Part shown: positions 22,439 to 34,295 of the stretch, in pieces
Layout: every line of letters starts with the position of its first letter
Position numbering within the stretch: the stretch's first letter is position 1
Assembly (NCBI RefSeq): GCF_002105155.1
Contig: NW_019029009.1
Span: 372,001-436,000, forward strand
Length of the DNA: 64,000 nucleotides
Reading direction: 5' to 3'
Origin: Lobosporangium transversale
Taxonomy: Eukaryota
Made by a program: the position numbers and the translations under genes
The notes under the pieces: model-generated
Databases searched by the model: none
The model's input: the letters and a program-made list of their open reading frames with translations, nothing else
Told to the model about the DNA's origin: nothing

Positions 22439-24265
22439 ATGAAGATTAAAAGTTTCATCCTTGCTTTGGCTAGTGCCATTGCATTAACCTCTACATTTGG
22501 TGAAGCCCAACGCGCTCGACACGATCTTTCTGCTGCAGCTCTCGACTTAGCAACTGATTCCCATGGCTTGGACAGGGCGGACGCTTTGGGCTCTACTCGG
22601 CTTTGGAACAATAAGCATAAGAAGCATCACAAAAAACACCACAAACACCATAAGAAGCACCCCAAGAAGGATTGTGATAAGAAAAACTGCAAGACTGAGA
22701 CTATAGTCGTTTGGGCGCCATGCACAACTGAACCGACTTGTATTCCTCCAACCACTACTACTGACTGTACGACTGAAACTACGACAGAGTCCGAATGCAC
22801 CACAGAGTCCACAAGTGCCACAGAGTCTGAATGCACCACAGAGTCTACGAGTACCACGGAGTCTGAATGCACCACAGAGTCTACAAGTGCCACAGAGTCT
22901 GAATCCACTACAGAGTCTACAAGTGCCACAGAGTCTGAATCTACCACAGAGTCTGGATCTACCACAGAGTCTGAATCTACCACAGAGTCGGAATCTACCA
23001 CAGAGTCTACAAGTGCCACAGAGTCTGAATCTACCACAGAGTCGGAATCTACCACAGAGTCTACAAGTGCCACAGAGTCTGAATCTACCACAGAGTCTGA
23101 ATCCACCACAGAGTCTGGATCTACCACAGAGTCTGAATCTACCACAGAGTCGGAATCTACCACAGAGTCTACAAGTGCCACAGAGTCTGAATCTACCACA
23201 GAGTCTGAATCCACCACAGAGTCTGGATCTACCACAGAGTCGGAATCTACCACAGAGTCGGAATCTACCACAGAGTCTACAAGTGCCACAGAATCTGAAT
23301 CTACCACAGAGTCTACAAGTGCCACAGAATCTGAATCTACCACAGAGTCTGAATCTACCACAGAGTCTGAATCTACCACAGAGTCTGGATCTACCACAGA
23401 GTCTGGATCTACCACAGAGTCGGAATCTACCACAGAGTCGGAATCCACTACAGAGTCTGAATCTACCACAGAGTCTGAATCTACCACAGAGTCTACAAGT
23501 GCCACAGAATCTGAATCTACCACAGAGTCTGAATCTACCACAGAGTCTGAATCTACCACAGAGTCTACAAGTGCCACAGAATCTGAATCTACCACAGAGT
23601 CTGAATCTACCACAGAGTCTGAATCTACCACAGAGTCTGAATCTACCACAGAGTCTGAATCTACCACAGAGTCTGAATCTACCACAGAGTCTACAAGTGC
23701 CACAGAATCTGAATCTACCACAGAGTCTGAATCTACCACAGAGTCTGGATCTACCACAGAGTCGGAATCTACCACAGAGTCTGAATCCACTACAGAGTCT
23801 GAATCCACTACAGAGTCTGAATCTACCACAGAGTCTGAATCTACCACAGAGTCTACAAGTGCCACAGAGTCTGAATCTACCACAGAGTCTGAATCCACCA
23901 CAGAGTCTGAATCTACCACAGAGTCTACAAGTGCCACAGAGTCCGAGAGTACATCCGAATCCGAAAGCGCCTCGGAATCTGAGAGCAGCACGACAACCAC
24001 TGCTCAAACTACGACAACCACTGCTCAAACTACAACGACCACTGCTCAAACTACAACGACCACTGCTCAAACTACAACAACCACTACTCCAAGTACTCCT
24101 ACTCTTCGACCCCCAACCCCAACCACCCAAAAGCCAAGGACAAGGACAAAAACCCCCAAGCCAGCAATGCCAACTTCCAACCCACCCCTCCGCTGCCAGA
24201 ATGGCAAATGCCATCACCATCGCCAGGACCACGCCCACCATGGAGATCACAATCAAGGCTTCTAA
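22439..24265 (+). CDS. Secreted mucin-like Ser/Thr/Glu-rich repeat protein, 608 aa
   Basis: Signal peptide [23 protein letters not shown], then a His/Lys-rich segment, a small Cys-rich region, long TTESES repeats and a Pro/His-rich tail; single exon. Confidence 0.85.
   Translation: MKIKSFILALASAIALTSTFGEAQRARHDLSAAALDLATDSHGLDRADALGSTRLWNNKHKKHHKKHHKHHKKHPKKDCDKKNCKTETIVVWAPCTTEPTCIPPTTTTDCTTETTTESECTTESTSATESECTTESTSTTESECTTESTSATESESTTESTSATESESTTESGSTTESESTTESESTTESTSATESESTTESESTTESTSATESESTTESESTTESGSTTESESTTESESTTESTSATESESTTESESTTESGSTTESESTTESESTTESTSATESESTTESTSATESESTTESESTTESESTTESGSTTESGSTTESESTTESESTTESESTTESESTTESTSATESESTTESESTTESESTTESTSATESESTTESESTTESESTTESESTTESESTTESESTTESTSATESESTTESESTTESGSTTESESTTESESTTESESTTESESTTESESTTESTSATESESTTESESTTESESTTESTSATESESTSESESASESESSTTTTAQTTTTTAQTTTTTAQTTTTTAQTTTTTTPSTPTLRPPTPTTQKPRTRTKTPKPAMPTSNPPLRCQNGKCHHHRQDHAHHGDHNQGF
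22781..23945 (+). repeat. Coding 18-bp minisatellite (accacagagtctgaatct), ~65 units; a 21-bp x4 repeat follows at ~23990-24085
   Basis: Directly visible; variants encode [24 protein letters not shown] and TTESEC. Confidence 0.95.
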
Positions 24266-24717
24266 CGAGAGTACCCGTCTGTAACAACGACGGCAGCTGA
24301 AACATCCGTGAGTAATTACGGCAACTACAGCTATAACTTACCACGGCTTGATAAAATTCCATTTCAATAGTATAGCCTGAATGCCCCAATAAATCATTAA
24401 TAGTAATTATACCTAATTTGTGGTCACTCGAACTTGATAAAAGAAAAGAGAAAGGATTTGTTTTGTGGATAGAATGCCCCAGACGCTATAGACAATAAAC
24501 AGTTATTACTGCACAGATGGCTATGCCGCTGTATCCATGAGATTTGGGTTAGTCTTGTACTACAAGCGCCGTTGCCACAAAATTTTGTTTTCTGCTGCGG
24601 ACAAGACATCGGTGCTGCGTTGCATAAAATAAAATAAAAAAAAAATCAGATGGAGTCACATTAGCCACATTCTTTTTTTTTTTTTTTTTTTTTTTTTCTT
24701 TCTCATTATCCTTCATC

Positions 24718-25455
24718 ATGTGCAAACACATCCTCAACGTTCAGGTAGATGCGAAGCCCCCTTCTTTTTTTACTTTTTCTTTTTGATGCAACACCCAAGA
24801 CCAAGCACGCTAATAGACAAGAAAAAAAAAAATGTATATAAATATATAGGCATCTATTCGTGCCCCATGCTGTAAGCAATGGTTTGATTGTGCAGAGTGC
24901 CATGCAGAAGTCTCAGACCATCCTCTTAGAAAGACTACTGAGATGGTGTTCGGATGTAAAAAATGCAAAAAGGTGTTCCGTAAAGACATGTCGTAAGTTT
25001 CATTTCATCAAGTTTTCAGTTACTTAGGAAAAAAAAAAAAATAAAAAATAAAAAAGTTAGAAAGATATAGCGGAATAGTGTATTAAGCAATAAATCTTTT
25101 TTTTTTTTTTTTTTTTTTTTTATTACTTCAGGAATTTCGAAGAGGAAGATGAATATTGTCCGCATTGTGATAACAAGTTCATTGTAGAGGCCAAGACACC
25201 GCAGATGGCTATTGCTGTAGAAGGTCATGATGAGAGGATGGGTGAAAGGTGAGTGGGCAAAGACAAAAAAAAAAAAAAGCAAGAAAGAAAGAAAGAAAAA
25301 AGAAAAAGATATTCTCATTGAAGAGACACTAAACAACTTGGAAATCATCTTACTTTAATGAATTGTGTAGATTTGAAAAAGACTTACGACTCAAAGAGGA
25401 CAATGTGAAGTCAGTCTTTGATCCCAATGCAGATCTTTCACATCTTTTAGGATAA
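24718..25455 (+). CDS. CHY-type zinc finger protein, 4 exons (absent from the ORF track)
   Basis: Exons 24718-24744, 24850-24992, 25132-25248 and 25371-25455 splice in frame to MCKHILNVQASIRAPCCKQWFDCAECHAEVSDHPLRKTTEMVFGCKKCKKVFRKDMSNFEEEDEYCPHCDNKFIVEAKTPQ... Confidence 0.9.
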
Positions 25456-25819
25456 CTGTTACACGGAGGGCAAAAAGAAAGAAAGAAAGAAAAAAAAAAA
25501 AGAAGAAGATGTAATGTCAGAGAGACAATAGATAATATATATTCAACAACAACAATAAAAAGTCTATAGAATCATGAACGCTATTTTACGTTAGACTTGC
25601 GTTACAGAGCTTTGAGAGGAGCAATTGCGAACAGTTGTTATTATGTTTGATAGATCTATATTTGAGTGATATTTACATGATACATGATGCTGTTATTGTA
25701 AAAACTGTTTTTTTTTTTTTTTTTTTCTTTTTCTTTTTCTTTTTTTAAATCTATATTTGTGTTCATGCGTTGAGGTTCCTGAAATCATGAGAAGGAATTT
25801 TTTTTTTTTTTTTTTTTTT

Positions 25820-26516
25820 TTACTTAATCTTGCGATCTCCAGCCCGACCAACATCATCTTCTGCCTGCTCAGCAAAGCCGAAGGCTTTAGGGATCTGATA
25901 AGTGCGCTTCTTTGGTTCTTCAGGAGCCTTCAGTTCCTCATAGTTGTCAGAAGTGGATGTTGCTGCTGCTTCGCCGACTGCCTTATTCTTGAATGTGAAT
26001 TTAGGGGGTGGGATCCATTCTTTATCCTTCATTGACTCATCAAACTTTTCAGGCATCTCAAAACCCACCATCCTGGCTGTCTTGTCCACTTGAATACCCT
26101 TTTCTTCATCCCAGAAGCTGGGATTGTATCTCTCAACGAGACCCTATATGGAGGCGATGTTTGTAAATAAACAGGGTTTAATGAGCTGTAGAAACGGTTC
26201 TTCTAAAACTATAACCAGATCATGATAATCCTTTCTTTCTCCCCTCTGTTACCTTATGTTTACGCTGACTCTCAAGATAGATTACCATGTCCTCACCATC
26301 TGTATAAAGTTTGTTAAGTCTGGCAGGATCTGTCTCGTTGGCGTGCTTGCGGAAGACGTCCTTCAGAGCCTCAGTCCAGACCTTATTGGCGTGAATGTTG
26401 ATTCCATGAAGACCCTTTCCTGTGAGTTCCTTTGGATGAGTGTACTGTAGATGGACTTCTCTTAAAATACGCCTGAATTGCGACAATCCCTGGGGACGCA
26501 TTGCTGGAGCAGCCAT
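25820..26516 (-). CDS. FMC1: ATP synthase assembly factor FMC1-like (LYR family), 2 exons
   Basis: QFRRILREV (LYR-like), YLESQRKHK|GLVERYNP, and VDKTARMVGFEMP; intron 26144-26252. Confidence 0.8.
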
Positions 26517-27299
26517 GATGGTAGTGTGTATTTGTTGAAAGTAATGAGATGCGTAGGAAGCTGTTTGTCTCCTGTTCCTATTTCTCTGTTCCTGTTCCTG
26601 TTCCTGTTCCTGTTCCTGTTCCTGCTCCAATACCTGTTTTCTTCTCCTGACCTTGAGTAGGCATCTGGTCTCTCAAAAAAAAAAAAAAAAAAAAAAAAAA
26701 ATATTCAGCCACAAATAGTAGTGCAGATCAAAAACCCTTAAGCAAGATCTGTTGGACGGGTAAATTTTTAGCTGGAGGCTTCCTCGCCCAATGACACCCC
26801 TCTCCGTTTTGTGCTTAATTTGTTGTAAGAGGCTATTGAATTGTGATGTTCTATATTAATTTACAATGATTGGGATTGGAGATGTGCGGATGTTCCGTGT
26901 GTTCGTGGTCTCCTCCACGTCGGACCTGCATGATGCGCCCTTTGTCCTCCATTTGTTTTCTCCGGCTGAAAGGGAGGACCAACTGAAGGGTAATGCTGGT
27001 CTTTTTCAACAGAAAACCTTATTTTAGTTTCCTTTCTCTCATCCTCTCTCACTTTCACTCTCACTCTCTTGCGGTTCATAAACAATCCGTCTTTTCTTAA
27101 ATAGGCCTCTTCTTATTTCTTAGTTCTTGCCTCTTACTTCATCTCGACCTCTCGATTCCTCTCCATTTCACAATCTCCTTCTCAGGTCATTCCACTCCAC
27201 TCTTTCATCTCCACCTGACTTGTCCCTGCCTACAATCTTTGGCAATCCCCTCCATTGTAATATTGATTAGCACTCCCTTCTGGATATAGATTTTCAGTC

Positions 27300-27392
27300 A
27301 TGCCTTCCTTCAAAGCTTACAATCTTGAGAAGCAGAGTGTCGAGGTACCTGGCACTCGTACTCCCGGAGCTACAGGCAAGTTCTTTCTTCTC

Positions 27393-27424
<32 letters not shown>

Positions 27425-28761
27425 CAATCTACCAACATCTGACGACTAACCTATTGTTGATCAAATCAAAACTGATCATATCCTTGCCTACTCTCTAGGT
27501 TATTATAGACATGCTGCTTTCGCAGATGGTATTGTCCGTAACATTCGTGAAGCTCCTCAACTCAAGACCTTTTACGACGTCTGGCAGAACTGTAAGCGAT
27601 TTAAAAAAAAAAAAAAAAAAAAAAAAATCGATATCCTTACATATATTGTCCACTCATACCGTCTATTTATTTTCCATATTAACGGATCTATTCATCTGCT
27701 CATATAGCCGTGACTTTGTACGCCGATAATGACTTTTTGGGTCATCGTCCCTTCAACACGGTTGCTCAGACATATGGTGGCTATACTTGGGAGACCTATC
27801 GTCAGATCAACCAGCGGGTCAGTGCCTTCGGCAGTGGTATCATGCACTTGAACGAGGTCATTCTGGGTAACGATCAATTGAACAGATGGTCCCTTGGTAT
27901 TTGGTCGCATGGTCGTCCTGAATGGTTCATCTCGGAAATGAGCTGCAACACCTACAACCTCGTCTCAGTTGCTTTGTATGATACCCTTGGTCCCGATGCA
28001 GTCGAGTACATTATCAACCATGCTGAAATCCAGATCGTTGTATCGAGTGGTATGTTGAAAACAGAAAGTGGTCTTCAACCACGTGAAACTAGTGCGAATA
28101 GCTGTGGATTTTTTGCATTTGTATCTATCCATGTACATTTGTGTTCCCGTGTCCGATCTTTCCGTTTGTTGATCTTTCCGTTTGCCCATCTGAAAATTGC
28201 TTAACAAAAACCCAATGCCTGTATACGTCATCTCTTTTTTCTTGTAGCCAACCACATCGCTTCCATGCTCGAGAATGCCGACAAGTTGCCCAAACTCAAG
28301 GCTATCATCAGCATGGACTCTCTCCATGATACCGTCCCTGTCCCTGGCGCTACCTCAGCTTCACAGGTACTCCGTGCCTGGGGTGCTCAGAAGGGCATCA
28401 AGGTCTATGACTTCAATGAGATCGAATCCCTTGGACGGGACTTTCCTCGCAAGCATATTCCTCCTCATGAAGATGAAGTTGCTTCGCTCTGCTATACCTC
28501 AGGCACTACCGGTCAACCTGTAAGGACTTTTCTCAAGTTTTTTTTTATTTTTATTTTTTTTTTTATTTTTTTTTTTTTTAAAAAAAAATGATGGCACCTG
28601 ACAAAGAAAAACTTTTTTTTCTAATTTTATCATGTAGAAAGGAGCAATGTTGACGCACAAGAACTTTGTTGCCGCCCTTGGTAGCAATCGTGAGGGTATG
28701 ATCCTTACTTCGGACGATGTCCTGATCAGGTAAGGGCCCATAAGTTTACAAACTTTACATG

Positions 28762-28800
<39 letters not shown>

Positions 28801-29461
28801 CTTTAAAGAAAAAAAAAAAAAAAAAAAAAAAGCACCCTAATACTCATTCAATGTAATTATGTGACGGATCTTTAGTTTCCTACCTCTGGCCCATATTATG
28901 GGTCGTGTCGTTGACAGCTGTGTTATGTACGCTGGTGGCAAGATTGGATACTTCCGTGGAGACATTCTTCTTCTTCTTGAGGACGTTGCTGAACTTCGTC
29001 CAACTTTCTTCCCAGCTGTTCCTCGCCTGTTGAATCGTATATATGCAAAGTTGGTTGCGTCAACAATTGAGGCCCCTGGTTTGGTTGGAGCTTTGGCACG
29101 TCGCGGAGTCGCAGCCAAGATGGCAAACTTGGCTGCCGGTAAGGGTGTTCATCACGCCTTATGGGACAGATTGTTGTTCAACAAGGTCAAGATGGCTTTG
29201 GGAGGAAGAGTCCAAGTGATTCTAACTGGATCAGCTCCTATTGCCAAGGAGGTCCTCAGCTTCTTGCGTATTGCCTTTGGATGCGTTGTTTTGGAAGGAT
29301 ATGGATCAACTGAGGGCATGGCCACTGCCACTATTACCATGGCCGAGTAAGTTTTTTTTTTTTTTTTTTTTTTTTTTTTATTTGTTCTTGGTATTATAGT
29401 TTTTTAATGGAAAAGCTATATGGAATATTTCAGAAAAAGCCCACAAGATCTTTTTCCTAAT

Positions 29462-29492
<31 letters not shown>

Positions 29493-29805
29493 CTCTTTTT
29501 TAAAAAAAAAGTGAATACATTCCTGGCCACATTGGCTGCCCTCGCGCTGGCTGTGAGATCAGGTTGGTGGATGTACCAGAAATGAACTATCACTCCACTG
29601 ATCAGCCCTATCCTCGTGGAGAAATTTGTATCCGTGGTGACGCCGTTTTCAAGGGTTACTATAAGGATGAGAAGAACACCAAAGAGACGATCGACTCTGA
29701 GGGCTGGCTCGCAACAGGTGATATTGGCTTTGTCGATAACCGTGGATGCTTCACCATCATTGATCGCAAGAAGAACATTTTCAAGGTATGACTCTGTTGT
29801 TGTTG

Positions 29806-29838
<33 letters not shown>

Positions 29839-30379
29839 AAATTGATGAATGCTTATGTATGGATAATACATCTAACTTTTTTTTTTTTTTTTTTTTATCT
29901 TTCTTTTGCCTTGTTATAAGTTGGCCCAAGGTGAATATATTGCGCCTGAAAAGATCGAGAATGTTCTTGGGGCTCGTTGCAACCTCGTCCAGCAGATCTA
30001 TGTTCACGGTGACTCATTGGAGTCAACCCTTGTCTCTGTGGTTATTCCAGAGCCAGAGACCTTCGTACCATTTGCTAACTCTATTGCAGGCACCAGTGTC
30101 ATCCTGGGAGATCTTGAGGGTATTAGCAAGTTGTGCAAGGATCCCAAGATCCGAGCTGCTGTCACTAAAGAGTTGGAAAAGGCTGGAAAGGCAGGTGCAT
30201 TGCGTGGATTTGAATTTGTGAAGCGTGTACACCTTAGCACAGATGCGTTCTCAGTCGACAATGGAATGATGACACCTACATTCAAGGTTCGTCGTCCCCA
30301 GGTCGCAGAGTACTTCAAGGAACACATCAAAGCCATGTATGAAGATATTCATAACTCGACACCTGCTGCCAAGTTGTAG
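27300..30379 (+). CDS. Long-chain fatty acyl-CoA synthetase (ACSL type), multi-exon
   Basis: AMP-binding YTSGTTGQP|KG, FLPLAHI, EGYGSTE, GWLATGDIG, IIDRKKNIFK|LAQGEYIAPEKIEN and MTPTFKVRR. The C-terminal AKL is a possible PTS1. The first intron is GC-AG. Confidence 0.96.
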
Positions 30380-31278
30380 ATGTAAATGTTAAATAATATA
30401 AAAAATAAATAAATATAATCCATAAATTAAATGAAACAAACTTTATCAAGGTTGTTAAAGAAGAGGAAAGAAAATCCACAAAGCAAATAAATAATACATA
30501 ACAATACTCTTCAAAGTGACAGTTGTCTCTTTACCTAAACCACATAAACAGATATTGCTGTGCGCGACATCTTGATCTGTGGCGTTTCATTCCGATATCC
30601 TGGCTCATTGCTGAATATTACCCATCGTCTTTTATGTTATTCATTATGTTCATAGAAACGACATCGAATAAGTTGTGGAGAAATTTCTTCCCTTTCCTTT
30701 TCCCCAATCCAAGCCCCAAGTAATTGTTGGGCCAGTTGGTTTATAGACTTCAATATCAGGTATTTTAACCCGCAAATGGTTAATATATATATATATATAG
30801 GCTATAATGTGAAAGACTTCTAAATCATCTGTAGACATCACTCAGAAACAAACGGATATTAACTTTTGTCCCAGACTTCTTTTTTGAGAGAGAAAAAGAG
30901 GGAGATATAAATATGTACATGTTCGTAAGCAGTTGAATAGGATAAGAGCAATAGAAAAGGGTGATGTCTGTCATATTGACGCGTGTTGTTGTTTTTTTTT
31001 TTTTTTTTTTTTGACTAATTATTATCTTGCCTCAAGACTTCTGTCATTGTGGAAAAATGAATACACGAACGAAAAAGAAAATTACTTTTGCAACTTTTTT
31101 TGTTTTGTCCTTTCAAGTTTTATTCTTGTTTATGAAATGCTGAGTTTAACAAAGATCATTAAAAAAGTAATCGGTACAAGGAGCCGGTATCATAAGTATA
31201 AAAAGGATTAAAATAAAAAATAAAAAATAAAAAATAAAAAAAAAGGTGAACAGAATCAAAGGAGTTTTATTCGTCTTC

Positions 31279-31939
31279 TTAAAGATCCTTCTTGGACTCT
31301 TGCTTGGAATCTGAAGCTTTGCTCTCAGCTTCCTTGATAGCAGCCTGTTCAGCTGCTTCAGGACGAGGTTCATTTGCGCCAGCACCAGTGGCGCCCGTCA
31401 GAGCCGCAAAGGGATTCTCAGCCTTCCAAGGTCTCTTCAATTCTCCTTCAGCAGGCTTATCAAACAAATAAATCTGAGCAACTTTGGACTGCACTGCGTT
31501 CTTGAGAGGCAAGATCGATTGCACGACAAGAGGACGGATGACACCAAACTGGAAATGTAAAAAGACCATGAGGGCCAAACCAAAGATGGCTTGTTTTTGA
31601 GCCTGACCATTCTGTTCCAGATCGTACTCCATATTCGTTGTCGTGATCACTTTAGGCTCCTCACTCGACAATGGTTTTGGTTGCTCCAAGTATTTGAGGA
31701 CAGTGGTATCCTTTTTGGAGAGAATCCGACGTTGAATCATATAAGAGATGCTGAGAATGATCAGCTGAGAAGCCACATAGCTGCCCAAGATGAGTTGCTT
31801 CGTTGACATGTCCTCTAAATCCAGACGATTGGTAATCTGCATTGAGCCCATTACCAGGGCCATATTCAAGATCTATTTAGAATAACAGTTACAATGAGAT
31901 TGGTCTTGTTAGATCGCTTACTCCTTGAAAATCTCCTTT

Positions 31940-31974
<35 letters not shown>

Positions 31975-32325
31975 CCATTTTCATTTTCAAACAGACTGTG
32001 CTACCATTCCTGCAACACTGTGAGTAGAACGTTTTTTTTTTTTTTTTTTTTTTTCCCTCCTTCATTTCCCTCTGAAATAAGATGCGTGAATACTTCAGTC
32101 TCTCTCTCATTTCGCTTCCGTCCCTCTCTCCTTATGCTTATGGATGATATGATGTTTTTTTTTTCAAGATGTTCCCTTCCATAGATTATTCTCATCGTTT
32201 TTATTGAATCCTTGGACATCAATTGTCCGTCGTCACTGTTTGATGATGTCGCCGACGTTGTTGGGGGAACACGTGCAAGAGTAAAGAAACACCGATAATA
32301 GTTTTAGTCTTACTTGTGAGTTCAT
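31279..32325 (-). CDS. PHO88: PHO88/SND3 family ER membrane protein
   Basis: A 12-nt first exon (32314-32325, MNSQ, GTAAG donor) splices to 31279-31872, ILNMALVMGSMQI...TTNMEYD...LHFQFGVIRPLVVQSILP...GELKRPWK. Confidence 0.88.
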
Positions 32326-32498
32326 CCTGTTGGTTGTAGATGATGTGAATGAGAGGGGATGAGAAAAAAAAAAAAAAAAAAAAAGTGATTCAAAGTGGGA
32401 CCCCAAATAAAGTGATCTGCTGTGCGCACGTGCGATTCTAAACTTTATTACATATGTCTTAGAATTTAGAAATGTTCTTGTTATTATGTATTACTTCT

Positions 32499-34295
32499 CT
32501 ACTCAGTCTGCATAAACATTCTTCCGCAATTGCCTTTCCTCAAATGTCGGATCATCTGGTCGCGTCGTCCAAAGCCTTCTCCACAGCCACCTGAGCAAAG
32601 ATACTTCTTGATCAGTGCATGTTTTGCATCCACATGACGTCTTAAATCATGTTTACGCTTGAAATGTAAATCACATCCTGCATACAAGCATGGAAATGGG
32701 AAACTATCGATATGGATAGCCATATGGGATTTGAGTTGAGTTCTTGTGGGGAAGGACTTTGAACATGTAGGGCACGTATAGGACTTCACTCCTTCACGAG
32801 TCATTGTGGGCACGATCACATTGGGATCCATGATTGAATTGGTATTTGTGTTGTTTGGATTGTTACGATCAGGATTGTTACTATTATTACTGCTATTGCT
32901 GCCGCTGTTGTTGTTGTTGTTGTTATTGCTGTTGTTGTTGTTACTATTGTTGCTGTTATTGTTACCGCTGCTGTTGTTACTGCCACCGCCACCGCCACTG
33001 TTATTATTATTGTGATGATGATGATGGTTACCATTATTACCATTGCTACTGCCATTGCTTGTCATCGAGTTGGAGAATGTGTTGTTGTTGCCTGATGAAA
33101 ATGACGATCCGGACATGTTGCGGTAGTAATGGTTATAGCCATGATGGTGAGTATATGCGTAATGCGTATTGGATTGGTAAGCACCAAAGCCAGAAAGTTC
33201 AGACGAGAAACGATAGCGTCGGTTATGAGGAGGTGTCCTAGCTGCTCTCCTGATAATGTTGGTAGGGGATGGATATAGCATGGAGGTGCTCGAGGGAACA
33301 TGGGTGTCAAAATTATTATTACTGTTGTTACTGTGGCTGTTGCTGTTGCTGTTGCTGTTGTTGCTGCTACTCGCATAGTCACCGAGATTGGTCATACTCA
33401 TAGGCATGCTCATCTGATCCAAGAGTGGGTGATTCCATGATGAAGAAGGCTGCGTTGATGCTTGAGGCTGTGAGATAGTGGAGAACAGGGGACTTGAATG
33501 GTTGCTCCATTCACGCTCAACCTGTAAAGTTGGTGTTGAGGGACTCCAATAAGGTAGATCTTGGCTTGACTCCATGGCCATAGTGGGTGAAGGTGAACAA
33601 CTCTTGTTGTTGATGGCGCCGCTGCTACGAGGTGAGTACGTTACAGGGGAGACAGAGCGTAGAGAGCATTCTGAGCCGTGTTGCTTGCAGCAGTGATGTT
33701 GCTGCTTCTGATCGTGCTTTTCGTAGTGCTGTCCTAAAGCGCGCGACTGTTGTTGTTCACTCAAAGCCTCAGAGGGCTCAGAAGATGGTAGTGATACTGG
33801 AGACGAAGACGAAGATGATGAAGAAGAAAGTGACGAAGATGAAATGGAAGGCGAAGACAACTCAGCCATGGTCTGGTCCTCAAGCGGTGGGCAAGTGGGC
33901 TTCGCCAGCTGAGGTATTGAAGGTGGGAATGGAGAAATGCCCATCAAGAGTTTCTCCAGTGCAGAAAACATATCCTGAGAAGGTGCCAAAGGATCACTCT
34001 TCTGAGAAGACTTGAAAACTGTCGGTGTGGATGTGTTAGCAGCAGCCGTGGTTGTGGTCGTGGTTGCGGCTGTAGTGTGATCGCGAAGTGTGTACATTGG
34101 CCCTACCTGCGGGCGAGAGTAACACTGAGCTTGATGAGAATAGGGGTTATATGGGTATTGGGAATGTTCGTTTGAATGGTAGTGGATCTGGGAATGCTGG
34201 GAGCATTGGTGGCTCGGGTGTGAGTGGGAGGAGGTCATGTTATAGGAAGAAGGGGGGTGATGCTGGTGATAAGTAGTGTCCTTGTAAAACTGCAT
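32499..34295 (-). CDS. C2H2 zinc-finger transcription factor with low-complexity N-terminus
   Basis: Three C-terminal fingers (CPTC..H..H; CLYAGC..FKRKHDLRRH..H; CSGGC..FGRRDQMIRH); Asn/Ser/His tracts. Confidence 0.88.
   Translation of the reverse strand: MQFYKDTTYHQHHPPSSYNMTSSHSHPSHQCSQHSQIHYHSNEHSQYPYNPYSHQAQCYSRPQVGPMYTLRDHTTAATTTTTTAAANTSTPTVFKSSQKSDPLAPSQDMFSALEKLLMGISPFPPSIPQLAKPTCPPLEDQTMAELSSPSISSSSLSSSSSSSSSPVSLPSSEPSEALSEQQQSRALGQHYEKHDQKQQHHCCKQHGSECSLRSVSPVTYSPRSSGAINNKSCSPSPTMAMESSQDLPYWSPSTPTLQVEREWSNHSSPLFSTISQPQASTQPSSSWNHPLLDQMSMPMSMTNLGDYASSSNNSNSNSNSHSNNSNNNFDTHVPSSTSMLYPSPTNIIRRAARTPPHNRRYRFSSELSGFGAYQSNTHYAYTHHHGYNHYYRNMSGSSFSSGNNNTFSNSMTSNGSSNGNNGNHHHHHNNNNSGGGGGSNNSSGNNNSNNSNNNNSNNNNNNNSGSNSSNNSNNPDRNNPNNTNTNSIMDPNVIVPTMTREGVKSYTCPTCSKSFPTRTQLKSHMAIHIDSFPFPCLYAGCDLHFKRKHDLRRHVDAKHALIKKYLCSGGCGEGFGRRDQMIRHLRKGNCGRMFMQTE

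Noticed and set aside
22781..23945. CRISPR-like array
   Set aside because: Units are contiguous with no unique spacers, lie in frame within a coding sequence, and the context is eukaryotic.
22547..24284. Long antisense and alternate-frame ORFs (569, 457 and 489 aa)
   Set aside because: These are by-products of a stop-free 18-bp repeat. Only the 22439 frame has a start context and signal peptide.
18104..30379. Lipid or secondary-metabolite cluster (SDR, acyl-CoA synthetase, hydrolase)
   Set aside because: There is no backbone synthase and the genes are interspersed with unrelated housekeeping genes.
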